In this document: positions 30,582 to 41,719 of the stretch, in pieces
Layout of the letters: the number at the start of each line of letters is the position of its first letter
How positions within the stretch are numbered: the first letter of the stretch is position 1
Virus record (IMG/VR): IMGVR_UViG_3300034062_004313
Span: 64,001 to 128,000 of that record
DNA: 64,000 nucleotides
Strand: one strand, 5' to 3'
Source of the DNA: a virus
Program-made: the position numbers and the translations under genes
Notes under the pieces: generated by a model
The model's database searches: none
What the model was told of the DNA's origin: nothing
What the model saw: only the letters and a program-made list of their open reading frames with translations

Positions 30582-31727
30582 ATGCAAACAGAAAAAGCTG
30601 CATATGATGATTTCTTCGGATTGAATGATATTCCTACCGAAGATGTGATTATTCAGAAAGACAATAATTTTAGCACTACAGGAAATGGAGATTTTGATAT
30701 TCTAAATCCATTAGAAAAAAAAGAAGAAGTTATTGTAGAAAAGAAAGAACAGAATCAAGAAGAAGTTGATATTCTTGAAAGTGATAAAAAAGAAGAAAAA
30801 GAACAAGAAGATATTACAAATATTGTAAACTTCTTTCAAGAAAGGGTTAAGAAGGGAATATTTTCGAATCTTGTTGATGAAGAAGGAAATGATGTAACGC
30901 TATCTAAAGTTGAAGATATTGATAGTTTCTTAGAAGCAAACTTTAATTACAGAGTAGAAAAGGAAAAAGAAACTCTTGAAACAACTTGGTACGAAACAAA
31001 AAGTCCAGCATGGAAAGCAGTTGCTCAATATGCTGATTACGTTCAAGACCCAACACAACTTATTCCATTCCTTCAAGGTGTTAATAACATAATGAACATT
31101 TCTGAAGTGGATGAAACCACAATAGAAGGAGCAGAAAGCATTGTAAGATTTAAAATGCAAGCTTCTGGAGATGATGAAGAAACTATAGAAGAACAGATTA
31201 AGATTCTTAAAGATTCAGATAAAATTGTTGATATAGCAAAAAGATATAAACCTGCATTAGTTCAGAGTGAAACTCAAAGACTCTCACAAATGCAAGAAAA
31301 AGCTAAAAAGGACCAAGACCAATATATTGAATCCGTTAGAGCCTATGAAAAGTTAGCTATAGAAAATATTGAAAAGCCTTTATTTGGAGAGAAATTAAAT
31401 CAAGAAGAGAAAGCAATTATATATGATATGATTGCTATCCCAAATCAAGAACTAGGTGGATACGCTATATTTTCAGCAATAGATGATTTGTATGAAAAGC
31501 AAGACATGGAAACCCTTAGAGAAATAGCTCTTCTAATAGCAAATAAACAAAAATTCTACACTTATGCTTCAAAAGCTGCAACAGTTAAAACAGCAGCAGA
31601 TTTGCAAAGAAAGCTTAGAGTACAATTAGAAAGTGATAAAAAAAGTTCATCGAAAGATGACCCTGAAATAACAAATGTAAAAGCCCCTACATATAAACAA
31701 CAAGGCAAGCCGAGATTCGGATTTTAA
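30582..31727 (+). CDS. acidic helical protein between portal and capsid (putative scaffold)
   Basis: position and composition. Confidence 0.55.
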   Translation: MQTEKAAYDDFFGLNDIPTEDVIIQKDNNFSTTGNGDFDILNPLEKKEEVIVEKKEQNQEEVDILESDKKEEKEQEDITNIVNFFQERVKKGIFSNLVDEEGNDVTLSKVEDIDSFLEANFNYRVEKEKETLETTWYETKSPAWKAVAQYADYVQDPTQLIPFLQGVNNIMNISEVDETTIEGAESIVRFKMQASGDDEETIEEQIKILKDSDKIVDIAKRYKPALVQSETQRLSQMQEKAKKDQDQYIESVRAYEKLAIENIEKPLFGEKLNQEEKAIIYDMIAIPNQELGGYAIFSAIDDLYEKQDMETLREIALLIANKQKFYTYASKAATVKTAADLQRKLRVQLESDKKSSSKDDPEITNVKAPTYKQQGKPRFGF

Positions 31728-31740
31728 AAATTGAAATAAA

Positions 31741-33444
31741 ATGATAAACAACAAAGTAGGACTTGGGAGTTTAGGTCATCCCGGTATTTTTATCGGTCAG
31801 ACACGAGTGAAGGGTTTGACAAATCACCTAGATATCCCTTATGTAACAGCACTCGAAGGTGCTCAAACCGACAAATTAGACTTTGGTGTGCTTGATTTGT
31901 GGGCACTTAAACAAAGAACTGATTCCCCACTTCTATCTTTAGCAGTGGAAAACGCTCAGATTATCTATACTGATGCGGATTATTACACATTCGAACTTCC
32001 AAGTGCAGCAGAAGGAGTTACAAGACTTATTTCTGGTGGATTGGATAGAGACAAATTTGGTATGGATGGAGAAGAAATTCCATTCATTGTATCAAGGAGA
32101 GATTTATCTCCGGGTGCTATGTTCAAATTTGACTTAACTTCTCCTGTAATGTTCAAAGTGGTAAATAGAATTCCTGAACAAGTAGGTGAACATTATAGAG
32201 TGTGGGCAAGTCTTGTTACAAATGCTCAAGTTCCATATGTAACTAAAGCGGAATTTATTCCTCAAAGGCAAATTATAAAACTTGCTGATACAAGAGGATT
32301 GGATTTCTCTGCTCATGAATCAACTTGGGGTGTATCAGGTGTTCCTTCATTAATGAAGTTTAAGAACTACTTGACAAATGTAAAACTTCAACAAGCTTAT
32401 AGAGTTACTGAAGGTGCTGTAGAAATGTTAAATCACGAAACAAGATTTGACTCTGCACAACTTAAAGGAATGGAGAACATGCTTTTGAAATTCTACTCTG
32501 TAAGAGGTATTGCTGATAACAAAGTGATTAATATGAATACTGCTGCTCCTCAAGATAGAGAGCGTTATATGCAGCAAATTCAAGATTCAAGAGTTAAAGG
32601 ATTGGGTCATAGTGCTATGGTTTCTTTCTTAGATAACGTAGCTATTAATCTTATGCTTCAACAAAATAACAATCTTGGTATATGGGGTCCAGCAGCTAAT
32701 AGTTTAGTAGATGGATATGACAGTACAAGATTGGCTCCGGGTGTATGGTTCCAATTAGACCAAGCTGGTTACAAAACTACTTATGACATTGGTACTTTTG
32801 ACTTAAATGTTCTTGGAGATGCTATTAAGGACTACGAATTTGGAAAGGTTGAAATGAGAGAATCTGTTTCTACTAATGTATATGTAATTAGAACTGGTAG
32901 AGGTGGACAAGAGATTATATTTGATGCTTTCTTAAAAGCTGGATTCGATATTCCTGCTCAAGTTCAAAATACTGACCACGGATTCCTAAGAGGTGATGCA
33001 AATAATCTTGTACATAGAGCAGCAAGAATAGTAGAGTTCCAATTGAAAACTATTGGTATACTAAGAGTAGAATGGGAACCCGGTTTTGACCCTGTAACAG
33101 CAGATGAAATTGTAAACCCAATCTTAGCAAGTGGTTACAGACTTTCTTCTTACACTATGTTGATTGAAGATTATAACACTTCAGGTGATAATATTGCAAT
33201 CATTAGAAAGAAAAGCAATAGTAAAATCTCTATGAGAGTTACTAATGGTACTGCTTGTCACCCTATATTCAGTGGTTCTACAAGTATAGCTGGACAAAAT
33301 GTTATGTATCATAATGCTGATGATGATTTGAATGGTTACAAAGTTAAGTTTAGTGGTACTGCTGACACTATGATAGTGAAAGACCCTACAAAACTTTTGA
33401 AGTTAGTTCCGAACAACCCTAAATTAGGTCGCGCAAATTTATGA
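31741..33444 (+). CDS. major capsid protein
   Basis: 567 aa; crAss-like synteny; TGRGG motif and C-terminal VKDPTK. Confidence 0.8.
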   Translation: MINNKVGLGSLGHPGIFIGQTRVKGLTNHLDIPYVTALEGAQTDKLDFGVLDLWALKQRTDSPLLSLAVENAQIIYTDADYYTFELPSAAEGVTRLISGGLDRDKFGMDGEEIPFIVSRRDLSPGAMFKFDLTSPVMFKVVNRIPEQVGEHYRVWASLVTNAQVPYVTKAEFIPQRQIIKLADTRGLDFSAHESTWGVSGVPSLMKFKNYLTNVKLQQAYRVTEGAVEMLNHETRFDSAQLKGMENMLLKFYSVRGIADNKVINMNTAAPQDRERYMQQIQDSRVKGLGHSAMVSFLDNVAINLMLQQNNNLGIWGPAANSLVDGYDSTRLAPGVWFQLDQAGYKTTYDIGTFDLNVLGDAIKDYEFGKVEMRESVSTNVYVIRTGRGGQEIIFDAFLKAGFDIPAQVQNTDHGFLRGDANNLVHRAARIVEFQLKTIGILRVEWEPGFDPVTADEIVNPILASGYRLSSYTMLIEDYNTSGDNIAIIRKKSNSKISMRVTNGTACHPIFSGSTSIAGQNVMYHNADDDLNGYKVKFSGTADTMIVKDPTKLLKLVPNNPKLGRANL

Positions 33445-33590
33445 TTTCTTTAATTCGGATTCTTTGGTACTTTAAAAGAATTCAATAAAATACAAAGGAG
33501 AGCCGTAACTCTCCAATGGTCTCAAAGAAGAACCTCCTCGTGGTGAGACTGGATAATCAACTAATTCTTCAATAATATAAAACCAAATAT

Positions 33591-34583
33591 ATGAACGTAA
33601 GATTTCAAATCAAATCAACTTCTCCAAAAGCGGAGAAAGAAGGAAAGGAGATATTAAATTTCTCTGGTGAAGCTCAAAATTACAGAAGAAAAGCAACGAG
33701 AGTTTCGGAAGCTGTAGGTTATAAACCTGATGGTTCACCAAAAATTAAATTCAAAACAGGACTTGACCCTGAAAGAGTTAAATTCTATTGGTGGTTTAAA
33801 GAAGAAGAAAGAGAAGAAGTTAAGAAGCAATTGGAAGAATCTCTACCTGACATAGAAATGAGATTTCATGGAAAGGAAGTTATTCATGATGAAAATAAGT
33901 CGTTTTGGAAAGACCAAAAAGAATTTTATCAAATTGCTCTAACATTAGATACTGCAAATTTGTTCTTTGATACTAAAAATCCAGACCATGCAGTTTTATA
34001 TTTTAGCATAATTGGTGGTGCATTTATTGACACTATTGCTCCTACAAAGGATTTAGCAATTGAAAAAAGGATTCCTCACTATATAGTTCTTGAAAAAGAT
34101 GCAACTGATGAAGAATTCGTAGATGTTAATGAAAAACTAAAAGCTTCCGCTAACTTGTATAAGCTTATGGAAGAAGGAAGTGAAGATGCTTTATTTATAT
34201 TGTGTTGGACTGCTCTTTATAATACGAAAGGATTTGGTAGCATTTTAAAAAGTATGCCAAAGAGTGATAAAGCCACTTATCTGAACATGTTTATCGAAGG
34301 TGAACTTGTAGATAAGAAAAAGAAAACATGTGCTAAGATATTTAATCAATATGTTGATAGATGGTCAAGTCCTCAATTAAGAGAAAAGTTGTATGCAGAA
34401 GCTTATATTAAAGCTGGAGAACAATATGCTCTTGTTGTTACAAATGATAAAAAGTATGAAACTACATGGGGTACATCTTTAGGAAATACTATTGATGAAG
34501 CCGTAGAAAAAATAACACAGAAAAAGTTCGCAAAAGACTTAGACCAACTTATGACAGAAGTTGAGAAAAAATGGGTAGCATGA
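33591..34583 (+). CDS. conserved structural-module protein after the capsid gene
   Basis: synteny; FKTGLD...SFW motifs. Confidence 0.6.
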   Translation: MNVRFQIKSTSPKAEKEGKEILNFSGEAQNYRRKATRVSEAVGYKPDGSPKIKFKTGLDPERVKFYWWFKEEEREEVKKQLEESLPDIEMRFHGKEVIHDENKSFWKDQKEFYQIALTLDTANLFFDTKNPDHAVLYFSIIGGAFIDTIAPTKDLAIEKRIPHYIVLEKDATDEEFVDVNEKLKASANLYKLMEEGSEDALFILCWTALYNTKGFGSILKSMPKSDKATYLNMFIEGELVDKKKKTCAKIFNQYVDRWSSPQLREKLYAEAYIKAGEQYALVVTNDKKYETTWGTSLGNTIDEAVEKITQKKFAKDLDQLMTEVEKKWVA

Positions 34584-35233
34584 CAATAGCAGATTTCTCT
34601 TTAAAGATAGACCTAAGATTAAATAAAGGAGCTTCAAATGATTATGATGCTATATGGTCTGATGTAAAAGAAGAAGCTGCAAATAAAGGAGTGACGGATT
34701 TTGTAAGAAGACAAGTAAAAGGTAAGAATCAAACACAGGAAGGTGACGAAGAAACAACAGCTAAAGTGGATGATTTACAAGTGTTACTTAAACCCGAAGT
34801 TCTTAAAGTTACTAAAAAGAATGGATTCTTTGAAACAGAAAAACTCCCACAGGATTATTTATATTATAAACGTCTCACTCCAAATGTTAAAAAAGGGGAA
34901 TGTGATTCCTTAGATATAAAATCATATTTTTCAGAAGAAGCAAATGTAGATGATTTAAGACATGTTCCATCTTTTGATTTTGAAGAAACATTTCACACTT
35001 TAGCAGGTAACAAATTTAAGATATATTTTGATGACTTTGACGTTTTAAAAGCGTCTTTAATTTATTATAGAAAGCCTAAAAAGCTAAACTTCAAAAAACT
35101 TAATGACATATTAGAATTTAAAGATGATATATGTGAAATGATAGTGGATGAAACAGTAAAGATAATAGCTTCCGATATTGAAAGCATAAATCAAAAGAAT
35201 TTAGCTCAAGAACGAGTACAAATACAAGAATAA
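34571..35233 (+). CDS. putative tail ring / head-tail connector protein
   Basis: DDLQVL, LP.DY.YY, YYRKP motifs; synteny. Confidence 0.6.
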   Translation: MGSMTIADFSLKIDLRLNKGASNDYDAIWSDVKEEAANKGVTDFVRRQVKGKNQTQEGDEETTAKVDDLQVLLKPEVLKVTKKNGFFETEKLPQDYLYYKRLTPNVKKGECDSLDIKSYFSEEANVDDLRHVPSFDFEETFHTLAGNKFKIYFDDFDVLKASLIYYRKPKKLNFKKLNDILEFKDDICEMIVDETVKIIASDIESINQKNLAQERVQIQE

Positions 35234-35261
35234 ATTAGTTAACAAGTAAACAAACAAACAA

Positions 35262-37457
35262 ATGGAAAATTTTTCATTCCACGTTCCCTTCTACGTTGTA
35301 AACGGAGGAATTGCTACAAGCGGTCATTCTGCTGATTTAACTCCCGGTAAAGTGGGACTATTTGATAGGCAAACATTTAGTGTTGCTACATCAAGTGGTA
35401 ATGGTAAGGAGTTTTTTCTTGCTCAAGGTAGAATTGGTGGACTTGATTGGTATGGTAACAAAGTAAAAGAGAGTCACAAATCTCCATTCTTCATGGGTAA
35501 GGATGTAGTAGATATGTATAAAGTGACCCCTAAGAGAATCCAAAATGAAGAGTGGGTTCTTGGATATAATGGTGCTGCTTCTTCTAAAGGATTGGTTTAT
35601 GAAAAAGATAAACCTGTAAGATTCAAGTTTGAATTTAATGGAGAACCTGCTTATAGATTCTTTGGAGGTCCTAAAACTTATGTAGTTTCACACACACCTG
35701 ATAAAGATTGTTCGACTCTTTGTGATGGAGGTTGTGATGATTTAACATCTGACCCTAAAGCAGAAACTATGAAATTGATTGATAAAATCAATAATCATAC
35801 AGAACTTAGTAAATTTGGAGTTACAGCAAAACTTAAAGCAAGTGATTATATTGCTGCTACTGCTAACATGGAAAAGTTCAGATTGAACGTATGTGATGCT
35901 GGTGATAGTGTAGCTCTTCAACAAGTACAATCTCAATATCCTGCACTTAATGTAGTAAGAGTTGCAAGAACAGGAAATACATCAACTTATGAAGTGTGTG
36001 TAGTTTCTACTGAAGGAGATGATACTCCTGCTGCATTCACTCAAAGTGCTTCTGTAAGCATGGCAGTATGTGGAAGTTGTAGTTCATTAACAGGTTCAGT
36101 TGATGCTCCTGCTCAAGATTGGTATCTTATTGAAAGACCATTAGCTGGTACTGAAAGTTTGATAGATGATAATGCTAAACTTGCATATGCTCAAACTGTA
36201 GCTGCTACTTATTTTGGTAAGAGTTTTAATTCAACTAATGATATTAATGCTACTACTGAAACTATTACTAAAACCGCACATGGGTTTTCTATAGGTCAAG
36301 CTGTTGTATTTTCAGGAACTGCTCCTACAGGATTAACTAATGGTATTACATACTATATAATTACTGCTGGATTTACTGTTAATGCATTTAGAGTAGCTTT
36401 AACAAGAGAGGGGTCTGCTGTAAATTTAACTGCTGCTGTTGGTACAGGTGTTGTAACTCCTGCTCCTGTACAATTCTTAGCTAATACTGGTGCAACTGCT
36501 CTTATTAAAGTACCTGTTCCTTATGGTACAACTGTTACTGCATTGCTTTCTGACGTAGTTACATTCTCTCATACTCAAGAAGCTATGTGTGAATTTACTG
36601 CTCCAAGTTCAATTGCTTGGGTTGCTGCTGGTACTGGTATAAGGTCTACAAGAACTATGAAAATTAGTGGTATAGTAAGACCCGATTGTAATGCAAATGG
36701 AGATAGAATTGCTGATATTACAGATATAGTTTCTGGTGTTAAAGGTGTATATGGCACTCCTATAAAAATTGCTGGTACAGCTTGTGCTGATGATTATACT
36801 GTTACTCAATATAGTGATGACTGCTTGGAAGAAGGATGCCTTACATCTAATGTAACATTCACTTATGCTGAACTTCCTGCTTTTGAAGGTAGAAGTTGGG
36901 AACTTGTTCCTGCAAGTAATGTTGCTGGAGAAGGAGCTAAATACGGTATAGTTGTTACTGCTGGATATTTGGATATTCAATTTGGTAACTGTAGCTTTGA
37001 CCCAACTGATTACTATGAAGTAATGCCTGTTAAAATGGAAATTAGTTTGCTTACAGAAGATGGTACTGCTTGTGATTTTAGCACATTACCAACTATCACT
37101 CAAACTAGGTATGGTCAAATTTCAAGAGCTTCCGGTGAATATGTTATTAGAGAAGCAACTTCTAAACTTGATGCTTATCAAAAAGATACTGACCAATTCA
37201 GCCTTAATCCAAGGATGAGAGAAGCTTTCGACATGAACATTTTACAACAAGTTGAAAGAAGTGCATTCTACAATCTGTATTATGTTACTTACTACGCTTC
37301 ATATGGTAAAACAAATAGAAAGGGTGAACAAGAGAAATTTACAACAATCTTTGCTGTAAAAGAAACTGACCCAATTGCTGCTACTTTAGAATCTCAAATT
37401 TTGAGCGTTCTTACAGCTAAATCTGCTGATAAAGTAACATTAAGAGTAATTGATTAA
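35262..37457 (+). CDS. abundant virion protein (auxiliary capsid protein candidate)
   Basis: 731 aa, beta-rich, followed by a strong terminator. Confidence 0.55.
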   Translation: MENFSFHVPFYVVNGGIATSGHSADLTPGKVGLFDRQTFSVATSSGNGKEFFLAQGRIGGLDWYGNKVKESHKSPFFMGKDVVDMYKVTPKRIQNEEWVLGYNGAASSKGLVYEKDKPVRFKFEFNGEPAYRFFGGPKTYVVSHTPDKDCSTLCDGGCDDLTSDPKAETMKLIDKINNHTELSKFGVTAKLKASDYIAATANMEKFRLNVCDAGDSVALQQVQSQYPALNVVRVARTGNTSTYEVCVVSTEGDDTPAAFTQSASVSMAVCGSCSSLTGSVDAPAQDWYLIERPLAGTESLIDDNAKLAYAQTVAATYFGKSFNSTNDINATTETITKTAHGFSIGQAVVFSGTAPTGLTNGITYYIITAGFTVNAFRVALTREGSAVNLTAAVGTGVVTPAPVQFLANTGATALIKVPVPYGTTVTALLSDVVTFSHTQEAMCEFTAPSSIAWVAAGTGIRSTRTMKISGIVRPDCNANGDRIADITDIVSGVKGVYGTPIKIAGTACADDYTVTQYSDDCLEEGCLTSNVTFTYAELPAFEGRSWELVPASNVAGEGAKYGIVVTAGYLDIQFGNCSFDPTDYYEVMPVKMEISLLTEDGTACDFSTLPTITQTRYGQISRASGEYVIREATSKLDAYQKDTDQFSLNPRMREAFDMNILQQVERSAFYNLYYVTYYASYGKTNRKGEQEKFTTIFAVKETDPIAATLESQILSVLTAKSADKVTLRVID

Positions 37458-37474
37458 TAACCCTTAATAATAAT

Positions 37475-37511
37475 AAAAGGTGGTAGGCAGTAAAAGTCTG
37501 CCACCTTTTTT
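37475..37511 (+). terminator. intrinsic terminator
   Basis: AAAAGGTGGTAGGC-AGTAAAA-GTCTGCCACC-T6. Confidence 0.85.
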
Positions 37512-37554
37512 CATAATAACTTTTTTAGTATAAATAAATAGAATATATTATACT

Positions 37555-38079
37555 GTGAATCCAGAATATGTTATAGAAATTACAAAAGACTTTAATCCTA
37601 AGATTATAGAGATTAAGGATTTTTCTATTTATCCAAGTGAACCTGAAAATCTTTTATTGGAAATTTTATCACCAACTAAGAACAAATGGGTAACTTATAA
37701 TATAGTAAAGAATAAAGGTTTTATAGCAAATTCTGTAAATCTTAAACTTAGTTCTACATTACAAAATCTTCCTGATGGTGTATATGAGATAAAGATTTCT
37801 CAAAAGCCAAATTTTGCTACTCATAATCTATTTTATTACTTTCATACTAAAACTCTTGAAAGTACTTATTATAAGAATCTTAATGAATTATATTCAGAAA
37901 GGTGTGAAATAACAAAAAGAGAATTTGAAGAGAATAGATATAAACTCCTTATGATAGATATGGATATTGCAGCTATAAAATATATGACTGAAATAAATCA
38001 TGATAAGGATAAGGCTAAAGAAATTTATGAAAAAGTAAAAGAAGATTTGAAAAGTTATGAAAAATCCTGTGGATGTTAA
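37555..38079 (+). CDS. virion protein (tail hub candidate)
   Basis: LPDGVYEI motif; ends in CGC. Confidence 0.55.
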   Translation: MNPEYVIEITKDFNPKIIEIKDFSIYPSEPENLLLEILSPTKNKWVTYNIVKNKGFIANSVNLKLSSTLQNLPDGVYEIKISQKPNFATHNLFYYFHTKTLESTYYKNLNELYSERCEITKREFEENRYKLLMIDMDIAAIKYMTEINHDKDKAKEIYEKVKEDLKSYEKSCGC

Positions 38080-38227
38080 ATCAAAATATGCTGAATGGTT
38101 CTATCTAAATGCCTTAGAAAATTTATATTTTGTTAAGACAGGAATAGATAAGAAGGATTTAACAAAAAGAATTGATGATTTTTTAAAATTTAAGCTTAAT
38201 AAATATAATGATTCCTGTACAACTTGA
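38057..38227 (+). CDS. 56-aa small ORF (MKNPVDVKSKYAEWFY...)
   Basis: translated by hand; bridges the gap, overlapping both neighbours. Confidence 0.45.
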   Translation: MKNPVDVKSKYAEWFYLNALENLYFVKTGIDKKDLTKRIDDFLKFKLNKYNDSCTT

Positions 38228-39467
38228 AGATAATCCAAACTGCATACACACTCCTGCATCATGTGTAGAGTGGACATATGGTTCTATTCCTTACTTAGGA
38301 ATATGCAATGGAGATATGTTACCTAAAATAATTTGGGAGATTGTAAATAAATTACAAGAAATTGCTGGAGCAGATTTATCTTCATTCGATATAGATACAC
38401 TTTTAGATATTTGTAACCAAAAAGCTCCATTAGAAAAGAATCTAACGTCTATATTAGAATTACTAAAAAATAATCAAGTTTGTTTAAAGAATTATATAGA
38501 TACTTTAAATGAAACTCTTCAAGAATTATCGCAAGCTCAATCTATTAATGTAAATTTAAAATGTTTAGCTGATTTTGATAACTTTGGTAACCAATTAAGT
38601 GTAACAAGAGAAACTTTAGACCAATTAGTAATTGATAAACTTTGTAATCATGAAACAAGGATTACAACAGTGGAAGGAAAGGTTACTTCTTTACAGAGTC
38701 AGATTAATGATATATCAGTTAATCCTATTGTTTCAGAACCTGAATTTGCTACATGTGTAGATGCTACTGTAAAACCTACATCTGGACAAGTTGTATCTAT
38801 TGCTACAGAAGTTTGTGACATAAGAACAAAACTTGGTCCAAATACAACAACTTCTAATCTAACTACTGGAAGTTTTGGAAATAAAGGAAGTTATTGGAAT
38901 ACTTCATTGTTAAATGCTGCATTTGGAGCAACTTCTGGATGGATACCATCTCCTTTGAATGAAGTGGAGTATCAAAGAAACATGTATATAATTCTTGCTA
39001 ACTTTCAAACAAGGATTAATGAAATAGAAACAAATTGTTGTGCTCCTACATGTGATAAGATTATGATTGGATTTAGTGTAGTGGTAGAAGATGCTGAAAC
39101 TGGAGATTATGTAGTTAGGTTTAGACCTTCTGATGGAACAAGTCTATTTGGTTTTGTAAGCACAGGTTCTCAAATAACATTTACAGGTACTCTTTTAATT
39201 GGTGGTATTACGGCTACGGCAGGACCATTCCCTATAGATATAAATGAAACAGATTGGGATGATAATGTTTATAATCTTTCTTCTTTCGATTTAAGTAAAC
39301 CTATAACTGTTAATCTTACACCTATTATGATTAAGAATGGTTTAACATGTCAAAAATGTATTTCTCAAGTAATTAGTTTAAATATGGGTTGTGCAGTATG
39401 TGAATTAACAGCAAGTGGTGATAAAGGTGATGCTGGAACAATAACAATAACTTATCAATACGAATAA
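38208..39467 (+). CDS. Cys-rich tail fibre/hub-like protein
   Basis: coiled coil plus beta-rich C-terminus. Confidence 0.6.
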   Translation: MIPVQLEDNPNCIHTPASCVEWTYGSIPYLGICNGDMLPKIIWEIVNKLQEIAGADLSSFDIDTLLDICNQKAPLEKNLTSILELLKNNQVCLKNYIDTLNETLQELSQAQSINVNLKCLADFDNFGNQLSVTRETLDQLVIDKLCNHETRITTVEGKVTSLQSQINDISVNPIVSEPEFATCVDATVKPTSGQVVSIATEVCDIRTKLGPNTTTSNLTTGSFGNKGSYWNTSLLNAAFGATSGWIPSPLNEVEYQRNMYIILANFQTRINEIETNCCAPTCDKIMIGFSVVVEDAETGDYVVRFRPSDGTSLFGFVSTGSQITFTGTLLIGGITATAGPFPIDINETDWDDNVYNLSSFDLSKPITVNLTPIMIKNGLTCQKCISQVISLNMGCAVCELTASGDKGDAGTITITYQYE

Positions 39468-39468
39468 T

Positions 39469-39969
39469 ATGCCAATAGCAACAATAACACTTAATGCAGG
39501 TGAAACATTTTGGGTTCCAAAAACAGCAACATTACTTTCTGTAGATGCTACAGATGGACTTGTTTTACAAGGAAGTGATTGCATTAGCACTACTGTTCCT
39601 GCAAGGATATGTATGACTTTCACATGGATAACTGATGAAGATGATAATACTGAACATCCTTGGGATAATGGTACTTTACTGAAAAGTATTAATAATGGAA
39701 CTACTACATATCTATTTACTGCTGCAACATCTGCTAAGTCTGGAACATTAGGAAGTCTACAAACAGCATTCCCATATCAATCTTTAATAGAGTTTGTAGA
39801 TTATGATGAACAAGCTCACGAAACTAAAAGAATTGGACATGTATTAAAAGTGAGTGTTCCAGCATCTTTCATAGAATTGTATTTAGAATTTACAGTTCCT
39901 CATACAAGTAGTACAACAACATCATTATTTGCAAAAGGAGTTATAGTAGATTGTGAACCAATCGTTTAA
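39469..39969 (+). CDS. virion protein (fibre-associated candidate)
   Basis: 166 aa, Thr-rich. Confidence 0.55.
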   Translation: MPIATITLNAGETFWVPKTATLLSVDATDGLVLQGSDCISTTVPARICMTFTWITDEDDNTEHPWDNGTLLKSINNGTTTYLFTAATSAKSGTLGSLQTAFPYQSLIEFVDYDEQAHETKRIGHVLKVSVPASFIELYLEFTVPHTSSTTTSLFAKGVIVDCEPIV

Positions 39970-39987
39970 AAATTAAAATAAAAAATT

Positions 39988-41133
39988 ATGGCTTGTAGTC
40001 CTTATAATCCTTGTCACACACCAACTTGTGACACATGTAATACAGTAAATCCTTGTTATGACAATTGTGGTTGTTTAAATCCAACTACATTTGATTGTAT
40101 AACAAATTTCAAAAAAGCATATAACAATATCCCTTTAGAAATAAATGCTACAGGGCAAGATATGCTTGATAATCTTGATGAAACAGTAGCTGAAATAGAA
40201 AGTAATCTATATAAAGTAAAGGTGGATGATAGTGATACTTGTCCTGATACACTCTTAGATAAGATTACAGCAGGTAGCAATATTACAGTATCTGTAGCAG
40301 GAAGTGGATGTAATAGAAAACTTACTATAACAGCAGGGAATGGTATAACAACTGCTCCTGATATATATGCTAAAGTTTCATCTAATGACACTACATCTGA
40401 TTATCTTGGTAATAAATTTGTAGATGGTACATATGTTAAGAAATCTGTAAATAGTCCCGGTGGAAATGAAACAATTGATTTTGACATTACAATAGCTGAT
40501 TTAATCTCTACTGATAGTGGAAACCAATTAGGACAAGGAGTAGATGGTAAATTAAAAACTTTGTTCTCTGCACCTGATGGTTCTGAAACTAAAATTAACC
40601 CTGTTGCAAATTCTGGAATTACCCTAACTGGTACAGGTACTAATGGTGACCCTTATCTTATAGGAACTAATGGAGCATTATTTGCTGTTCAACCATATAC
40701 AGATGGTGTATGGAGAACATTAACCTTTAACAATGGTAGCAATGCTAATGTGACACTTAATTCTCAATCTGTTAAATATCGTATGAGATACGATGGTTCT
40801 GTAGAGTTTAAAGGAAGCTTAAATTATAGTGTAACATTCAATGTAGCAAGTACTAATAAGATAGCTATAACAGCAGCTAACATCACTACAGGAGGCTCAA
40901 CAAACCTTCCTTCAACAGCCTTTGATAGGGTTGCTAATCTAAGACATTATATGACGTTCAGTAGCCCTAATACAATAAGTGCTACACCAAAATTAACAGG
41001 TTATAATGTAAACATATTAGCTGCTGCTTTAAATAGTCCAGCACCAATTCAAATAGAATTTATGAATGACACTGCTGAAACTAAAAATATAGTAGTAACA
41101 ATGGATGGAGCAATATATCATCCTAATATTTAA
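39988..41133 (+). CDS. Cys-rich N-terminus fibre-like protein
   Basis: repeated KV...DT..D.L..K...G..I modules. Confidence 0.6.
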   Translation: MACSPYNPCHTPTCDTCNTVNPCYDNCGCLNPTTFDCITNFKKAYNNIPLEINATGQDMLDNLDETVAEIESNLYKVKVDDSDTCPDTLLDKITAGSNITVSVAGSGCNRKLTITAGNGITTAPDIYAKVSSNDTTSDYLGNKFVDGTYVKKSVNSPGGNETIDFDITIADLISTDSGNQLGQGVDGKLKTLFSAPDGSETKINPVANSGITLTGTGTNGDPYLIGTNGALFAVQPYTDGVWRTLTFNNGSNANVTLNSQSVKYRMRYDGSVEFKGSLNYSVTFNVASTNKIAITAANITTGGSTNLPSTAFDRVANLRHYMTFSSPNTISATPKLTGYNVNILAAALNSPAPIQIEFMNDTAETKNIVVTMDGAIYHPNI

Positions 41134-41183
41134 GAATTTAGAAAGAACGTAGCTTTTTTTGGTTTTTGCTGCATATGTTTTTC

Positions 41184-41206
41184 GGAGCCGTTCTCGGCTC
41201 TTTTTT
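41184..41206 (+). terminator. intrinsic terminator
   Basis: GAGCCG-TTCT-CGGCTC-T6. Confidence 0.8.
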
Positions 41207-41241
41207 CTTTTTATTAACATTTTAAATTGTAATTTTGTATT

Positions 41242-41496
41242 ATGATAATAACAGATAACATATTCTATTTAGATAATGGAGTAGAAAGACAAATAAATGT
41301 ATTTAACGAAAGTGACCCACACTATAGATGTTTTGAATCAGATGGACAGAAACAAATAATCTTTGGAAGAAGTTCATTTGTAAAAACTGAAAATGGAGAA
41401 GTAGATTTCTTCTCTTTAAGCAAAGAAGAAAAAGATAAATTCTGTAATAACACTAATTTTATAAAAACTTATAAAAAATATGATATACATAGGTAA
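41242..41496 (+). CDS. hypothetical protein
   Basis: 84-aa ORF 4 nt after TAATTTTG. Confidence 0.6.
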   Translation: MIITDNIFYLDNGVERQINVFNESDPHYRCFESDGQKQIIFGRSSFVKTENGEVDFFSLSKEEKDKFCNNTNFIKTYKKYDIHR

Positions 41497-41543
41497 AGAA
41501 TTAAGATGTTGGAAACACGTTAACAATGAATTAACACAACATA

Positions 41544-41575
41544 TTTGATTATATAAAATTATTACACTATATTAC
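41544..41575 (+). promoter_or_regulatory. probable promoter of tRNA operon 1
   Basis: TTTG-N20-TATATTAC (degenerate -7 element). Confidence 0.5.
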
Positions 41576-41584
41576 AATATAATT

Positions 41585-41665
41585 ATGAAATACGTAGTAA
41601 CACATACAACATGTCCACAGTGGTTTACACCGACAATATCGGGAGGGGCTTTGTATGTATACTAA
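41585..41665 (+). CDS. attenuator leader peptide 1 (MKYVVTHTTCPQWFTPTISGGALYVY)
   Basis: codons 6-17 are only Thr/His/Cys/Pro/Gln/Trp/Phe, the tRNAs of operon 1; 3' end pairs with the terminator arm. Confidence 0.88.
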   Translation: MKYVVTHTTCPQWFTPTISGGALYVY

Positions 41666-41687
41666 GAAATAGCTGTGTAGTAACATC

Positions 41688-41715
41688 AACCCTCTGAGAA
41701 ATCGGAGGGTTTTTT
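41688..41715 (+). terminator. attenuator terminator 1
   Basis: AACCCTCTGA-GAAA-TCGGAGGGTT plus T tract just before tRNA-Pro; 41678-97 can instead pair with 41639-64. Confidence 0.9.
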
Positions 41716-41719
41716 ATTT

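Noticed and set aside
33435-33490. -1 frameshift at A AAT TTA at the end of the capsid gene, with a downstream hairpin
   Set aside because: The -1 frame adds only about 15 residues before TAA, and such heptamers are common in AT-rich DNA.
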